A DNA stretch of 63,614 nucleotides, counting the filler, from Stramenopiles sp. TOSAG23-3 (taxonomy: Eukaryota), in assembly GCA_900128585.1 (NCBI GenBank). It is 13 parts of 13 records of this genome, joined end to end, with 100 filler letters (N's around TTAATTAATTAA, not from the genome) between each part and the next. Parts side by side here need not be neighbours in the genome. Positions count along the whole stretch, not along the records: positions 16,809 to 22,306 come from LT643511.1; positions 22,407 to 27,901 come from LT643512.1; positions 28,002 to 33,494 come from LT643513.1; 10 more parts are not named here. One strand, 5' to 3'. A program made the position numbers and the translations under genes. Shown here in pieces: positions 20,473 through 32,500 of this stretch (its first letter is position 1; every line of letters begins with the position of its first letter). The notes beneath the pieces are model-generated. The model searched no databases, was not told where the DNA came from, and was given only the letters and a program-made list of their open reading frames with translations.

Positions 20473-22979
20473 TTCTTAACTTGAGATGTTGCCTGTTGTT
20501 TTTACTGTATTGTCTGTACGTGTACGAAGAAGTTGCTGAACGTTCCTTAACAGATAAATGCTCAATTGTCTACCCAGTTGCTATGCCGTTTGTATTTTCC
20601 TTTTGTTGAATGAATAGATGGCCATCCATCCTTTCCCTTCTCTATTACTTACAACCATTTCTTCTATAAATAATATCAATCAATTCGGACCGACCAAAAA
20701 GGCCACGCACACACCACAACAACAGCGCACAACCAAATAATAAAAAAATAGACAACAACAAACGACAGCACCAGTAAGTTTCATCATCCATCATCATCTA
20801 CTACGAGGAGAGAAGAAGAAGGGAGAGAAAAGAAAAAGGAGGAGGAGCAGAGCAAGAACTTTTTTAACATGGAAATAGAACGAAAGAAGAATTAATAAGA
20901 ATCGATAAAATAATAATGAACGGAACGGAACTAAAAGAATTAATTATACGAAGCAATACTAAAAAAATATAGAAACAGCAAGGGGATTCCTTTCTTGTTT
21001 TGATTTTTAGTATATCTGTACGTACAAAACTTTACCTATGAAGAAACCTTGAAGAAGGAAGGAAAAGGCTTTTTGCTTTATAGCTGAAAGAGGGAGGAGG
21101 GAGCCGGAAGGGAGCCGGAACAGAAGGAGGTTGTGAGTGAGTGTTCTGGTATAATAGTAAGAACTGTACACCATTTTTAGTTGCTAGCTAAGCTCTATTG
21201 ATTAGATGATAGATAAGATAGATAAATAGAAGGATAATAGGCAGGCAAATAAATAGTAGTAAGCCGGTGGAGGATGGATGGATCTTGATTGATTGATAGC
21301 TATGAAACGACAGACACCATACATGAAGAGGGAGGGAGGAGACTAGCATACAAACAAACAATAGAGCACACAGCTCAGCTCTCTTTCCGCCTCTCACTTA
21401 ATCAATCGGATTCACCCAAAAGCAAGCATTTCACCCACCACGAATGAATCACCGAAGATCCTTTACATAATTAGTGCTGTAATTAGGGTTTTGTATATAA
21501 AGCTTTTATATAATATTTTGGGACTTTTATGCACAGAAAATAGATTTTTTACATATAAATACATTTAAATAATACATGAATTCTCAATTATTCATATTGA
21601 TAAAATATATGTTTTTGTACTATTTAGTAATTAATATGATATTAATAAGATTAAACAGTGCGAAAAGTCTATATTATATAATTATATGACAAAATTATAA
21701 TAAACATTTACTATATTATTTATGACTTAAAAAAGATAAATAATGGCTATTTAAGATTAAATAGCAATAAATTATGGATATATTGATCAGAATTGGTTAT
21801 TCTATTTAACCCTTATTATAACGCTAATAATTTGATTTCCTCGCGTTCCGTTTTTTCCCCCCTCCTCCCTCCTTCTTTCAAATTCAATCAAAACTCGCCG
21901 CGACCAAAACAACACATTGATCATCTTCCCGGTCCAGTGATATGGGTACGGAGAAAAAGCTAGGTGTATGTATACCCTCACCATAAATGGACAAATTGGA
22001 GAGGACTAGGAGGACGGAGGAAAAATAAATGCCAACAAAGAAGGTTTCATGGGCAACAGGTAAAATCAACAAAAACAGCAGACGAAGAAGAAGGGAAGGG
22101 GCAACAAACGACGTCCTCTTCCTAACAAACTGCGGGCGCTGGGACGAGGGTCGAGCGAGAACGATGGTGAAAGCGACCACAATGCTGATTGTTTTGTCAC
22201 TGTACGGGTACCTCCTTTTTGTCTCTTACAACTATCGGAGTAGATCGGCCCCAAGATGTCTGCATACTATGCTAGACACCCTTGCATTTCACGTCGTAGA
22301 CTTACCNNNNNNNNNNNNNNNNNNNNNNNNNNNNNNNNNNNNNNNNNNNNTTAATTAATTAANNNNNNNNNNNNNNNNNNNNNNNNNNNNNNNNNNNNNN
22401 NNNNNNAAGAAGAAGAAGAAGAAGAAGAAGAAGAAGAAGAAAAAAGAAGAAGAAGCTACGAGTAAAATAGTTATGTACTCACATATGATTTCTCTCTTCT
22501 TTCTTTCTTTCTTTCTTCTTCTTCATTTTTTTATTTGTTTGTACTCTCCTCCACTTTAAAAAAATTAATTTTTAAAAAATCAGATAATAATTCGTTATTA
22601 TTAAATATAATAATATTTATATATACATACAGTGCCATACAGGAACACAACAAGAACAAGATCACAATATTTTTTTTTGTAATAATATTAATAATAATAA
22701 TAAATTTTTTTTTTTATTTTATTAATGTGTACGAGGAGTCCTCATAGTACAACTGAATTTTGTAATTTTTATATATACATAAGAAAAAATACTATTATAA
22801 GAAAACAGAGAGAGAATAGAATAACAGGACAAACAGGAAAAAGTAATGTGGTTGTAAGAGTGTATATTTTAATGTTTCAGTTTTGGTAGAATATTGAAAA
22901 AAGAAAAACCGTAGGCTTTGCAGTAGGAAGAGTTCATTCGCCTTCTTGTGTTTGTGCACGCACGTTGACCACGCACACC

Positions 22980-25900
22980 ATGGTGCTGCCGTTAAGTTTA
23001 GAGTTTGCGTCCCACTACTTGGCCTCGTTAGTCTTGTCGGTCACGGTGTGTGCGCTTACAGTGCTGTACTTTAGATGCGTTTCTGCTCCCAAGATGGGGA
23101 CGAAGGAGACGGCCAACCATAGCGGGGCAGCCCCAGAGAAGAGCCTTGAGAAAGCTGAACCAACAGAAAACGCAGAAGTGCCCCCGCCGAGAGAGGCGGT
23201 TGCCCCGAGCGTGGCCGCAAGGGAAGACAAAATGCCCCCCCACCCCGACTTTCCACAACTTATTATCACAGACGAGTCGGCCAGCGAGGGCGGGACCCCT
23301 GGCGGTGTACTATACGCCAACACGAGAAGCCCGATCACTTTCAGAAACAAAAATTTTGAGGGGAAAATGATTTTGATGCTGCGGAGTGAGCCTTTGGACC
23401 CCTTTTTCGCGAGCCACTTTCAGGGCAGGAAGCGGTGCATGGAGGTACGGATCCAAGGAAAATTTTTGAAGGCTCCCAAAGGCCCCGTATTTTTTGGGGG
23501 TGAGATCGGGAAACCTATGTCGTTAGGTATAGTGCTGGGACCGCTGGCTCGTTTGATGCTCTCGGTTATAAGGACGTTGACCCGAGGCCTGTTTCACGCC
23601 AGTTTCGGCGACACGGACCCCGACGAACGCCCCCATATTTGCACCTCGTTTTTCGCTGGGGTGGACCAGCTGGTGATATCTATGCCTGGGGAGGAGCTCC
23701 CAGACATAATGAAAGATTTGGGGGAGCCAAAGGAGTCGCAGAAGGAACGAAAGAAGATGAAAGTTGACCCACCGATTGATTTAAATGCAACCTACTCGTT
23801 TTCATTCCACGACATGCACATAGATATTTTTCGTTGGAAGGTTGTAAATTTAGTAAAAGAAATGGACTTGCACTCGTTTTGGGAGGACCAACCGTTCCGG
23901 TTCGTGGCGTACGACGTTGGGGGAACGCCCGAGGCGCATAGGAACCAGGACAAGAACTACTTCCTTTGCTTTCAAATCAAGCACCTGGTTGGCATGGAGC
24001 AAGACACGAGCACGATGGATTGGCCGGACAGTGGGTCGGACGAGAGCAATAGAAACAGCAGAGAGTTGGAGGAGGACATCTTCTCTGGCGGGGAAGGGGA
24101 ATTGGACGGCACGCGGGAACTTAGCACGAACGCACTTCGGCGGCGCCTTTCCTCGCTCGACAAGCAACAAGGGTGCAGCGTACCCTCCTGGATCGAGTAT
24201 TCCGAAAATCGCTCGAAGCGCGTCGCTTTTGTAGTGCTCGTGTCCCCACCGAACGGCACCAGCCGGTTTGTGGTGCGAACGGTGAAGCAGTTCAAGGGCC
24301 TTTTGAACTCCCTGGACGGGGAGGCGAAAGGGGAACTGAAAGCCATAATAAACACGGGGAAAATGTCCCGCGATGTCAGCAAATCGAACAAGGCGACCTT
24401 TTACGAGACGAAGCGAAGGGCGTTGGATTTAATCATTCAAAACTTACCGAACACCTCCCGGAAAAATCGCCTTGCGCTGTTCAACTTCGTCAAAAACCTG
24501 CCCAACGGCCTGGAGCATGTGATTCTTCGCCCCAGCTTAGAGCGCACGCGCTTCAAAGTTCTGTCCTCTCGCTCTTCGAACCACACCGCGAACGTGTTCA
24601 TCGAAAGCCCGTTGCTGTACGCGGAATGGGAGTCCTTTTGGCGAGAGGGCTGGGCCACGTTGTCCAAGGTCGGGAACGACGTCGATGGCGACGAGGCGAA
24701 GTACGAGCTCTGCTTTTTCCGGGTTCACTCCCAGAAGCCCTTCTTCAAAATTCCATCGGGCGCAATAATCGGAGCTTCGTTGCTCGACCAGCGGTGCAAA
24801 ACTCCATTTCCAATGCGGAATAAGTGTTGCTTTGAAGTGCAGACGCTTGGGCGGGTGTATTGCTTTCTTGTCGCATCCGAAGAGCTGGCCACGGAGTGGG
24901 TGGGTGTCCTAAATTTTACAGCCGGAAAGTCAGAATCTATTCATCTTGATTTGGGAGGAGAAGACAGCGACGGGTACGGCCGCGTCGACAAGGAGGTTGC
25001 GATTGACCCTCGCGAACTATTCGCTATCAAGTCCCTCCGTTGGGAATCGTCGAAGAAACTACTAAACAACCGGCGATTGTGCTTCCCTGGATCCCCGCAA
25101 GGCAGCACTGGTGGGCGGTGCTCGCCCGTTGTACAGGTAGAGTCCCTCGAGGGCGGCGCCAGCGACGAAGACAGCAGCGGCAGAAGCACGTCTGGAGCGA
25201 AAGCGAAGAACGGCAGTGTCGGTTTAAATACAGACCCGTGCGATTTATCGGCGCAACTGCTACGCAATGCCTTGGCAATTTCTTCAAGCGGGACAATTAT
25301 TTTGTCCTCAGAATCGAAGAAGTTTGGCAATCTTTTGGATTTGGCATCGCAGCTGAAAGACATTGACTATGGGATGTTGTTGGAGAAAGACGAAGATTTA
25401 AGGCAAGCAAAGCTTTTAGTGTTTTGGTTGAATATTTACCACGCGATTCTTATTCATGGCACAATCATGTTCGGAAAGTCGAAATCCCTTTTTGCCGCAA
25501 CTTCGTTTATGAACAGCGTTGTGTACGAGATATTTCGAGAGCCGTACCGCCACATATACTCCATGGTAGAGATCGAGCACTGCATCTTACGGGCGCATAT
25601 GAGCAAACCAGGAACCTCAAAAATCATCCAGAACATGATCCCAAGCTTCAATGGGTCGAACCCGAAGTGGGATTTCGCAATACCAGGCACCGAGCCCCGG
25701 ATCAATTTTGTACTCAACTGCGGGTCAGCATCTTGCTTAAATGAAATCCCAATATTTACGTTAGAAAGGTTAGATAGCCAGCTGAATCGAGCGTCGGAGC
25801 TATTCCTTTGTGCCTCCGTGCAGGTTGACATTCAAAAGCGCATAATCAAATTGCCGAAAATATGCGAGTGGTACAAGAAGGATTTGACCCAAGAGGCAAA

Positions 25901-26072
25901 CCCGACGGCGGTGATGAAATACGTGGGGAAAATGATGGGGAAAAAAGGAACGCTATTTCGAAAATTTATTCGCACCCCAGGCTCGCTGACTATAAATTAC
26001 ATTACGTTCTCTTGGAGCAGCGGAAAGACCCTGCACGTAGCTATGTGGGACGAGGACGAGAACGAGGATTAA
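22980..26072 (+). CDS. Multidomain protein: N-terminal TM, DUF1769-like, PH-like, DUF547-like
   Basis: FEGK..HFQGRKRCMEVRIQGKF..VFFGGE (DUF1769-like); CFEVQTLGRVYCFLVASEELATEWVGVL (PH C-terminal strand/helix); KLLVFWLNIYHAILIHG..EIEHCILR..EPRINFVLNCGSASC (DUF547-like). Confidence 0.7.
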   Translation: MVLPLSLEFASHYLASLVLSVTVCALTVLYFRCVSAPKMGTKETANHSGAAPEKSLEKAEPTENAEVPPPREAVAPSVAAREDKMPPHPDFPQLIITDESASEGGTPGGVLYANTRSPITFRNKNFEGKMILMLRSEPLDPFFASHFQGRKRCMEVRIQGKFLKAPKGPVFFGGEIGKPMSLGIVLGPLARLMLSVIRTLTRGLFHASFGDTDPDERPHICTSFFAGVDQLVISMPGEELPDIMKDLGEPKESQKERKKMKVDPPIDLNATYSFSFHDMHIDIFRWKVVNLVKEMDLHSFWEDQPFRFVAYDVGGTPEAHRNQDKNYFLCFQIKHLVGMEQDTSTMDWPDSGSDESNRNSRELEEDIFSGGEGELDGTRELSTNALRRRLSSLDKQQGCSVPSWIEYSENRSKRVAFVVLVSPPNGTSRFVVRTVKQFKGLLNSLDGEAKGELKAIINTGKMSRDVSKSNKATFYETKRRALDLIIQNLPNTSRKNRLALFNFVKNLPNGLEHVILRPSLERTRFKVLSSRSSNHTANVFIESPLLYAEWESFWREGWATLSKVGNDVDGDEAKYELCFFRVHSQKPFFKIPSGAIIGASLLDQRCKTPFPMRNKCCFEVQTLGRVYCFLVASEELATEWVGVLNFTAGKSESIHLDLGGEDSDGYGRVDKEVAIDPRELFAIKSLRWESSKKLLNNRRLCFPGSPQGSTGGRCSPVVQVESLEGGASDEDSSGRSTSGAKAKNGSVGLNTDPCDLSAQLLRNALAISSSGTIILSSESKKFGNLLDLASQLKDIDYGMLLEKDEDLRQAKLLVFWLNIYHAILIHGTIMFGKSKSLFAATSFMNSVVYEIFREPYRHIYSMVEIEHCILRAHMSKPGTSKIIQNMIPSFNGSNPKWDFAIPGTEPRINFVLNCGSASCLNEIPIFTLERLDSQLNRASELFLCASVQVDIQKRIIKLPKICEWYKKDLTQEANPTAVMKYVGKMMGKKGTLFRKFIRTPGSLTINYITFSWSSGKTLHVAMWDEDENED

Positions 26073-26160
26073 GCGGGTGCGGACGGGAGTGAATCTTAAT
26101 TTTTTGATAAGATAAATAACAGCCAATTTTCTTGTTTTTAAGTTTAGTCTCACATAAACT

Positions 26161-27600
26161 CTACCGGTGTCCCTCCCCCATCAGTGGGCTGCACGCGGAC
26201 TTATAAAAGTCCTCCCATCCCTCAATCGGAAATCCCAATTCTGCATGAACAAACTGATTCACTTCACATATCCCATGAAACGACTTGGCGGTCCTCTTCC
26301 GTACAACGGGTAAGGTGTCTATGCCCATCGCAGCAGCAACACTTAAAATCTGACAAGCCGCCCCCCAATAACCATTTGCTCGCCACGCACTAGGATGCAA
26401 TCGAATGGACACTGCCATGGTGCGAATCGAGTAAAATCGGTCGAGGACATATCGTCTATCGTGAACTTTCAAATGCGAGCCAGCCCGTTGTGCCTGTTGC
26501 ACATCGACTAGCCCTTGTCTTGTCCATGCTGTGCTGAAGTTTTTTTTCGCCTCTTCCCACTCGATTGCTTCTTTGCAGACAGTCTCGTTCAACACCACGT
26601 GGTATTTTTCCGCAAGCGTGCTGTCGCCTTGGGTACAAAAAAAATGCGTTTTACCCAACTGAAATCGTTTGTCGATCATAGGATACACTGTCAATGCTTT
26701 CTTCTGCAACTGTTTGCGGATTGCAGGGTTTTCCTCGCTCGCAACCGTGACGTCCTTGTGCAGCACAGACCCTGTCCGTGCGACCTGTCGGTGGTTGATG
26801 TCACGGAAAGACATTAAAGGGGAGGTAACATCCATAAACCAGAGCGGGGCGATGCCGGCCGACGGGAGCCAAATGCCTGGGAAATTCCGACCTGGGTTGC
26901 TGGTACCTGTGGACCGAAACATCAATTCATTATTCAGGAACGCCATTGGTCGTCGTGACATTGGATCGGGTACGCTTCCCTCCTGTGGCATATTGCAATA
27001 CGCATCAAAAAATACCGCCGTGTCGCTATCATTGCACACGGTGGTAAAAGACACTAAGGCGTGTGCCAGCGGTTCCTCCCTCCCCCACTGCATGAGTTCG
27101 AAGTTTCCCAAGTGGTACCCTACCAACTTGGGTGGGAAAAATGTTGAAAGCCCAGTTCTAGTTGCTGTGTCCCAGCAGGTTCGTTCACTCGTCTCCTTGC
27201 CGGAGATCGGCGCAGTAGATGTCCTATTTAAGCAAACATACATGTTCTCGGCGGGATCCGTCTCTTTGTTTTCGAAGAAAAACTCAAGAACCACGTCTAA
27301 GTCACCCGGCACCCGGACCTGTGCGCCTTCCGGTGGTGACGAGATCGACATACCCCACTGATCACCACGATTTTTTGCTTGGACTGACTTCATCGACGAC
27401 GCAAGTTTGGAACATTCGTCGTCGAGCACGCCATGCTTTGCACAAAATCTGGAAGCATCGACATCTGCACTAGCAGGCAACTCACCAAAGGAAACGGTGT
27501 GAATCCTCCCATCTCCGGTGCGAACATTCAACTGGTGCGTTGTGGACCGTGTGCCAACGACAAGAATCGCAGACAGGAGAAACCCGGACAACAAGGGCAT
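26161..27600 (-). CDS. Hypothetical secreted protein
   Basis: Long uninterrupted ORF; signal peptide from ATG 27600 (MPLLSGFLLSAILVVG); no confidently recognised domain. Confidence 0.65.
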   Translation of the reverse strand: MPLLSGFLLSAILVVGTRSTTHQLNVRTGDGRIHTVSFGELPASADVDASRFCAKHGVLDDECSKLASSMKSVQAKNRGDQWGMSISSPPEGAQVRVPGDLDVVLEFFFENKETDPAENMYVCLNRTSTAPISGKETSERTCWDTATRTGLSTFFPPKLVGYHLGNFELMQWGREEPLAHALVSFTTVCNDSDTAVFFDAYCNMPQEGSVPDPMSRRPMAFLNNELMFRSTGTSNPGRNFPGIWLPSAGIAPLWFMDVTSPLMSFRDINHRQVARTGSVLHKDVTVASEENPAIRKQLQKKALTVYPMIDKRFQLGKTHFFCTQGDSTLAEKYHVVLNETVCKEAIEWEEAKKNFSTAWTRQGLVDVQQAQRAGSHLKVHDRRYVLDRFYSIRTMAVSIRLHPSAWRANGYWGAACQILSVAAAMGIDTLPVVRKRTAKSFHGICEVNQFVHAELGFPIEGWEDFYKSACSPLMGEGHR

Positions 27601-28001
27601 TGGGGAGGCACGGTGGACAGACACACCAACCTCGCGTACGAGCACAGTACACCTTTCCTCTTGAACTCACAACACAAATCGACAAACCATACCCACTGCC
27701 TATATACCCCACACTACACGTCGCATGCAAGACCCCAAGGGACAAGACACACTCCTTCATCAATATGAAAATTTATAATTCCACCACCAACAACAACAAT
27801 TCTTCCTTTGCATTTTTTTTTTTTTTTTGTGTTTGCAATCGGTATACTAGATAAACACAGCATCTCTAAAAATAAATTAGCATTTCTCTTCTTTATTAAA
27901 ANNNNNNNNNNNNNNNNNNNNNNNNNNNNNNNNNNNNNNNNNNNNTTAATTAATTAANNNNNNNNNNNNNNNNNNNNNNNNNNNNNNNNNNNNNNNNNNN
28001 N

Positions 28002-28247
28002 CCAGCAGGAGAGAAGTTCGATCGCTGTGCCACGAGCCGTTGCAATAACGAACGCAAGTGTGGAGATGAAGTATCTTACCTAGTTCGCAAGTCCTATTGC
28101 CTGAGGGCGAGGGTGCGTTGCGGTGAAGCCGGGTGTGTTTGCAAAAACGGACTTGTGCGTGACGAAAGTTCAGGTCTATGCGTTCCACGCGATTACTGCA
28201 CGCGGACTGTCATGCCAGATGACTTTCCGAAGGTATACAGATTGTGA
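28002..28247 (+). CDS. 3' end of a protein with a TIL (trypsin-inhibitor-like cysteine-rich) domain; 5' truncated, not in ORF track
   Basis: Manual translation from contig start: PAGEKFDRCATSRCNNERKCGDEVSYLVRKSYCLRARVRCGEAGCVCKNGLVRDESSGLCVPRDYCTRTVMPDDFPKVYRL*. The Cys spacing and GCVCKxGxVRD..G.CVP...C are TIL-like. Confidence 0.7.
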   Translation, partial: PAGEKFDRCATSRCNNERKCGDEVSYLVRKSYCLRARVRCGEAGCVCKNGLVRDESSGLCVPRDYCTRTVMPDDFPKVYRL

Positions 28248-28664
28248 TGCACGTACGACTTCATCTCGAGATCGTTGTCTGCATTTAGGAGGGCCCCGCT
28301 GTCGTATGATGGCGCGCTCTGTATTTGTAAATGTATTTAATAGCAATTTAAAATCAATTATAATAGCTGTTCAACGCCCGAAGCTCTAAGGACGGACTGC
28401 TTCAAAAGGACAAACCGTTGGTATTCTATTGTATTATTTAGAGTGGATGTACTTGAGATGTACTTGAGAGTGTTTGAGAGTGCTTGAGAGTAGTCTAAAA
28501 GTGGTGGTTTTGATAATACTGGATTTCGTTTTTAGGTTTTTAGGCTGAACACAGCACCAAGGGTACAGGGGACAGCATACCGTTTTCAAAAACGATCTGA
28601 GATTTTTTTTTTCATTTGACGACGTTAAATATTATTATGAAGGAACTACTAACACTGAACAAAT

Positions 28665-29085
28665 TTAACAGCGCGGTGATTGTTTGGGCACGCAATGGGG
28701 AATATAGCAACGGGTTGGTATCGATTTTCCACTTCTTCTTGTGTCTCGTCCGCTCCTTTTTTCGCGCTTGATCGTTTTAATCATCCGCCAGCTGCTCGTA
28801 AGGTACATCCTGAGTTGTGGCACTGCTGTGGCTGCCCAGTTTATGACTCCGATTGTAGACTCCCATTCTTTTAGTTTCCTACGATCGGTAAATGCCGCTG
28901 TGAACGCTCCTGGTTGAATATCACTAAGTAGTGAAAAGCCCATTCCCCCCTTTCTTCTGGGGAATGTGAATCGCAGTTTGTCTTCCCGCTGAAGCATGTT
29001 GACGTTGTACCGACCTGTGATTTCCAGTGCTTGGTCCCAAAACCAATTGTCGATGAGTTCTACGACGCTTTGCTTCGGGGTAGAG
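28665..29085 (-). mobile_element. Possible degraded DIRS/Ngaro-type retrotransposon RT fragment
   Basis: LKEWESTIGVINWAATAVPQLRMYL resembles the DIRS-type RT C-terminal motif (L.SLIG.LNWAA.VVP..R.FL). No YxDD core, RNase H or recombinase is present. Confidence 0.4.
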
Positions 29086-29555
29086 GTGTCTCTTTACTTT
29101 CCAAAAAAACGTTCTTAGTAGTGAAACAAATCCTCATCAATCACCATCACAAACCAACGTTTATTTTATTCGAAATCCACACCATAAATTAAAGTTCTTT
29201 TCTTTTAAAAAAGTGCGATTTTAAAACATTCTTGTCATGACGGAGTTTGTTAAAACAGCAACAGGACTAAAAGAATACAGAATACGGACTGACGGGACAC
29301 GAGGATATGGACTTATTGTTTCTATGGAAATAGACAGACCGGGTGTGTACTACACTGTATGCTCTTCTATATATATATACAATCGTTACGAAAGGAGTAC
29401 GAAAAGGAAGCTACCAAACAAAACCATTGGTTTTAAATTCCATCCATTCCTTTTCTTCCATTCACTTCAAAACCTAATTCAGTTTATCTATAAATTAAAA
29501 AAAACAAAAAATTTGGCTGTTATTTATAACAATAGATTTTTACAATTTTCTCTCT

Positions 29556-32500
29556 TTACAAATCAGCCCGACGGGGCTGCTTCGGTTTCTCCCAACTTGA
29601 CTCGTTGGTTACGGGGTTGTAATAATACGTAGATCCTGCTTCATCAACGAATTCTTCCCACAGAGCGTCAGGTCGGGGAGCTTTCTTGTTACGGAGTTTT
29701 CCGTTTCTTGCTAAAGGATTTTCTACATTCATCATGCATGACTCCGAAACGGTGGATTTCAACGTTTTTTCCTTGTACCCTGAATTAGTAACAGTGGTCA
29801 TTTCCACTCCTTCCGGGGCAGCCATAGGGTTTACCCCGGACCATCGCCGAGACTTTGTTCGTACGACTGTCAGTCGCCGGGCCTCTACTTTTTCCTGGTA
29901 CGCTTCGTACAGCCGCTGCACCCACGGCGTGCCTATAAGCGTTGAACTGACGCTCAAAAGCACGCACAACATCGTTACTATTGTCAGCACAATGTCGAAA
30001 CCAACACGCTGGTACTCGTTCTGATCGTCGTCTGCCGCATACAACCTGATGGCCATCCCGGCCACTAACGTCAGCACTAAATGCAGGGCCAGAACAATCG
30101 CAATTACATTGTCCCACATTGCCGCATATGGCATTTTGTAAATCAGCAAGCACAACCATGCCACGCAAACGACAACCCCTAGAAAAATCTGTGCCACGCC
30201 CTCTTCCCCCATCATAATCAGCCCCCCCGTCAACACCAAGCGACGCAACAAGTCGACCACGTCAAAGTAGAAGGCTTCCGGCTTGTAGTGGGTATAAATT
30301 GATCCAAACTGTTTCTCCAATCGCCGCTGCGCTCTTGGGTTTTCGCAATCCGCACGGTGAAGGTTCGCACGGTTCTTCAGCAACACGTACAGCTGGAACG
30401 CCGGCAAACCAACCACGTACACTAAAATGCACACTCCGGCGAAAGCGGCGTACCAGTTCCACGCCCCTGTGCGGCATTGCACCGTGTAGTCTGCGGTCAG
30501 GTACCATACCCCTTCGATATTCTGGCATTTAAAGAGTCGGAAAATGCGAGTGGACACACCCGTATACAAAGTAAAGGCAAATAGCAGGACCAGCGTAGAC
30601 GCTTGAGTGCGCACTGACTCGGACGTGTATTTCCGTGCTGACGGGATCACTTTCGTCAAAGCGTACGCCACGCCGCCCACCCCGACCATCATTGGAAACA
30701 AAAGCATGTGAAATATGAATTTTTGCAGAAACCCCGTCTGCAGGCGGCACGACATTTCCCCGAATACAGCGAAGAAATCGATAGAGGTGAACTCAAGCCA
30801 GTTCATCGACCTCAGCAGGTTCTCCGGCCACTGGACATCAAATGTGACCGGAAAGTAGCAAAAGCATTGGGAGAACCCAATGAAGATTTTCAACTTCATG
30901 AACCAGCCCCCCCATTGCAGCTCCGGCAAGCGAAGGTCCACACGGTACATTTCCGGCATCTTGAACGCGAGCAGATCCTCCAATTGATTCAAAATTGGGT
31001 CCCACGAGGGCCACATGGAAGGGAGAAAATTCAGGTCGATGCCCTCGATGCTGGGAAGAGCCAAGCGCACCTGGGGCAGTAGAGTGTGCAGCTTCAGCAA
31101 CCACCCGTTCAGCCGCTGCAGAAGCAGGCTTGGCTCCGTGTTATACTCTACAAACGCTCGCAGTATTTTCCTCAAAATCCTATCGATGTTATCCAGGGAG
31201 GGAAGGTCCAAAAACTCGAGCGGCACATCTATCCCCCGAAGTTTCTCTTTCATGGCTTCGATAGCCTTGCGCGTGTTTCTTATCATGCTCTCGATCCCTT
31301 TCATGGTCGGCTTGGTCAGCGCCCAGAGTGTTTGAACCCTCGGTGGTGCCAGGGCTCCCACCAGTTCGGACACTTGTTTTGCACTTTCCACGTGCTCGGC
31401 AAGTGCGCTGAACTTGTTTCCCCCCATGAACTTGCTCCATTCCGCGCGCTCGATTTCTCCGGACCGGTCCGTGTCGACGGCATCAAAGGCTTGCTCTATT
31501 TGAGCCCTACTGAACGAACGGTCTCGACTCTCCACCATGGACAAAAACGTTCGCCGGCGAACTTTCTCCTTTTCAAACTTGATGTGCTTCATTGATATTT
31601 TAAGACCCTCGATGTCTTTCTCGGTCATGGCCGGCGCGGTCAGGTAAGCGTATGATGCGCACCCCGCCACAAAAATTCCTGCAAGGCACAGGCCAAGAAG
31701 CTCGACTGAAACAGCAGCAGCCCCGGTCCGGCCGGGGCAGGGGTCGCACGCTTCTCCTTGAAACACGAACTCTGGCATGCAGGTAGCGCAAACAATGCCT
31801 GCGTGGCCTTCACGGCATTGGGCATGAAACTGACCGCCTTTGCAATGGGATTTGTACGGACAGGGGAGAAATGCGGTAGACGACGAGGAGCTCCGCCAGA
31901 ATGTAGGCTGGGAACGGACTGTCTCTATGCGCGTTCCAACGTTTGCGCAAGAGCCGCCGCTAGGACATGGTGCGCACTTCCAGTTGTCAGAGGCACCCTT
32001 CCGGTCCGTATAGTAGCCGACTTGACAAATGCAGCCAGACTTGTTGGTGATGCCCTCTGTGCCATTTGTGGTAGAGAAAGGGATTGCATTTGTGCATTTG
32101 GTGCAATCATTCAATGACGCCTGGCCCTCGTCTTCGCCGTAAGTCTCCGCTGGGCAAGGGATGCACTGCGATTCACCTTTAGTCGGTTGGAACGTTCCCC
32201 TAGGACACAATTCGCATGTGGAGCCTTCCACTTGCATGCCAGCTGGGCACTGAATCGGTAGACATTTTACGTGCATCGTGTCAAGTTCGTACTGCCATGA
32301 TTTTCCGACAGGGCAGGAAGAAACTCCTGTATCATTCACCCGTAGGATGTCTGTTGGTGTTTCAGTCGACACGTTTAAGTGTGCACTGGTGTGCTGAATT
32401 CCAGCATATATTTGAACCTTCAAAGCGTCGTCAAGAGGGGGCAATTTCTGGCAGCAGTTTGGAGAATATGTTAAACACGCATCGCTTTTCCACCTCGGCG

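Noticed and set aside
26161-26470. Weak ParB/sulfiredoxin-like pattern (ILSVAAAMGIDTLPVV) in the secreted hypothetical protein
   Set aside because: The diagnostic DGxHR motif is absent, so the resemblance is too weak to call.
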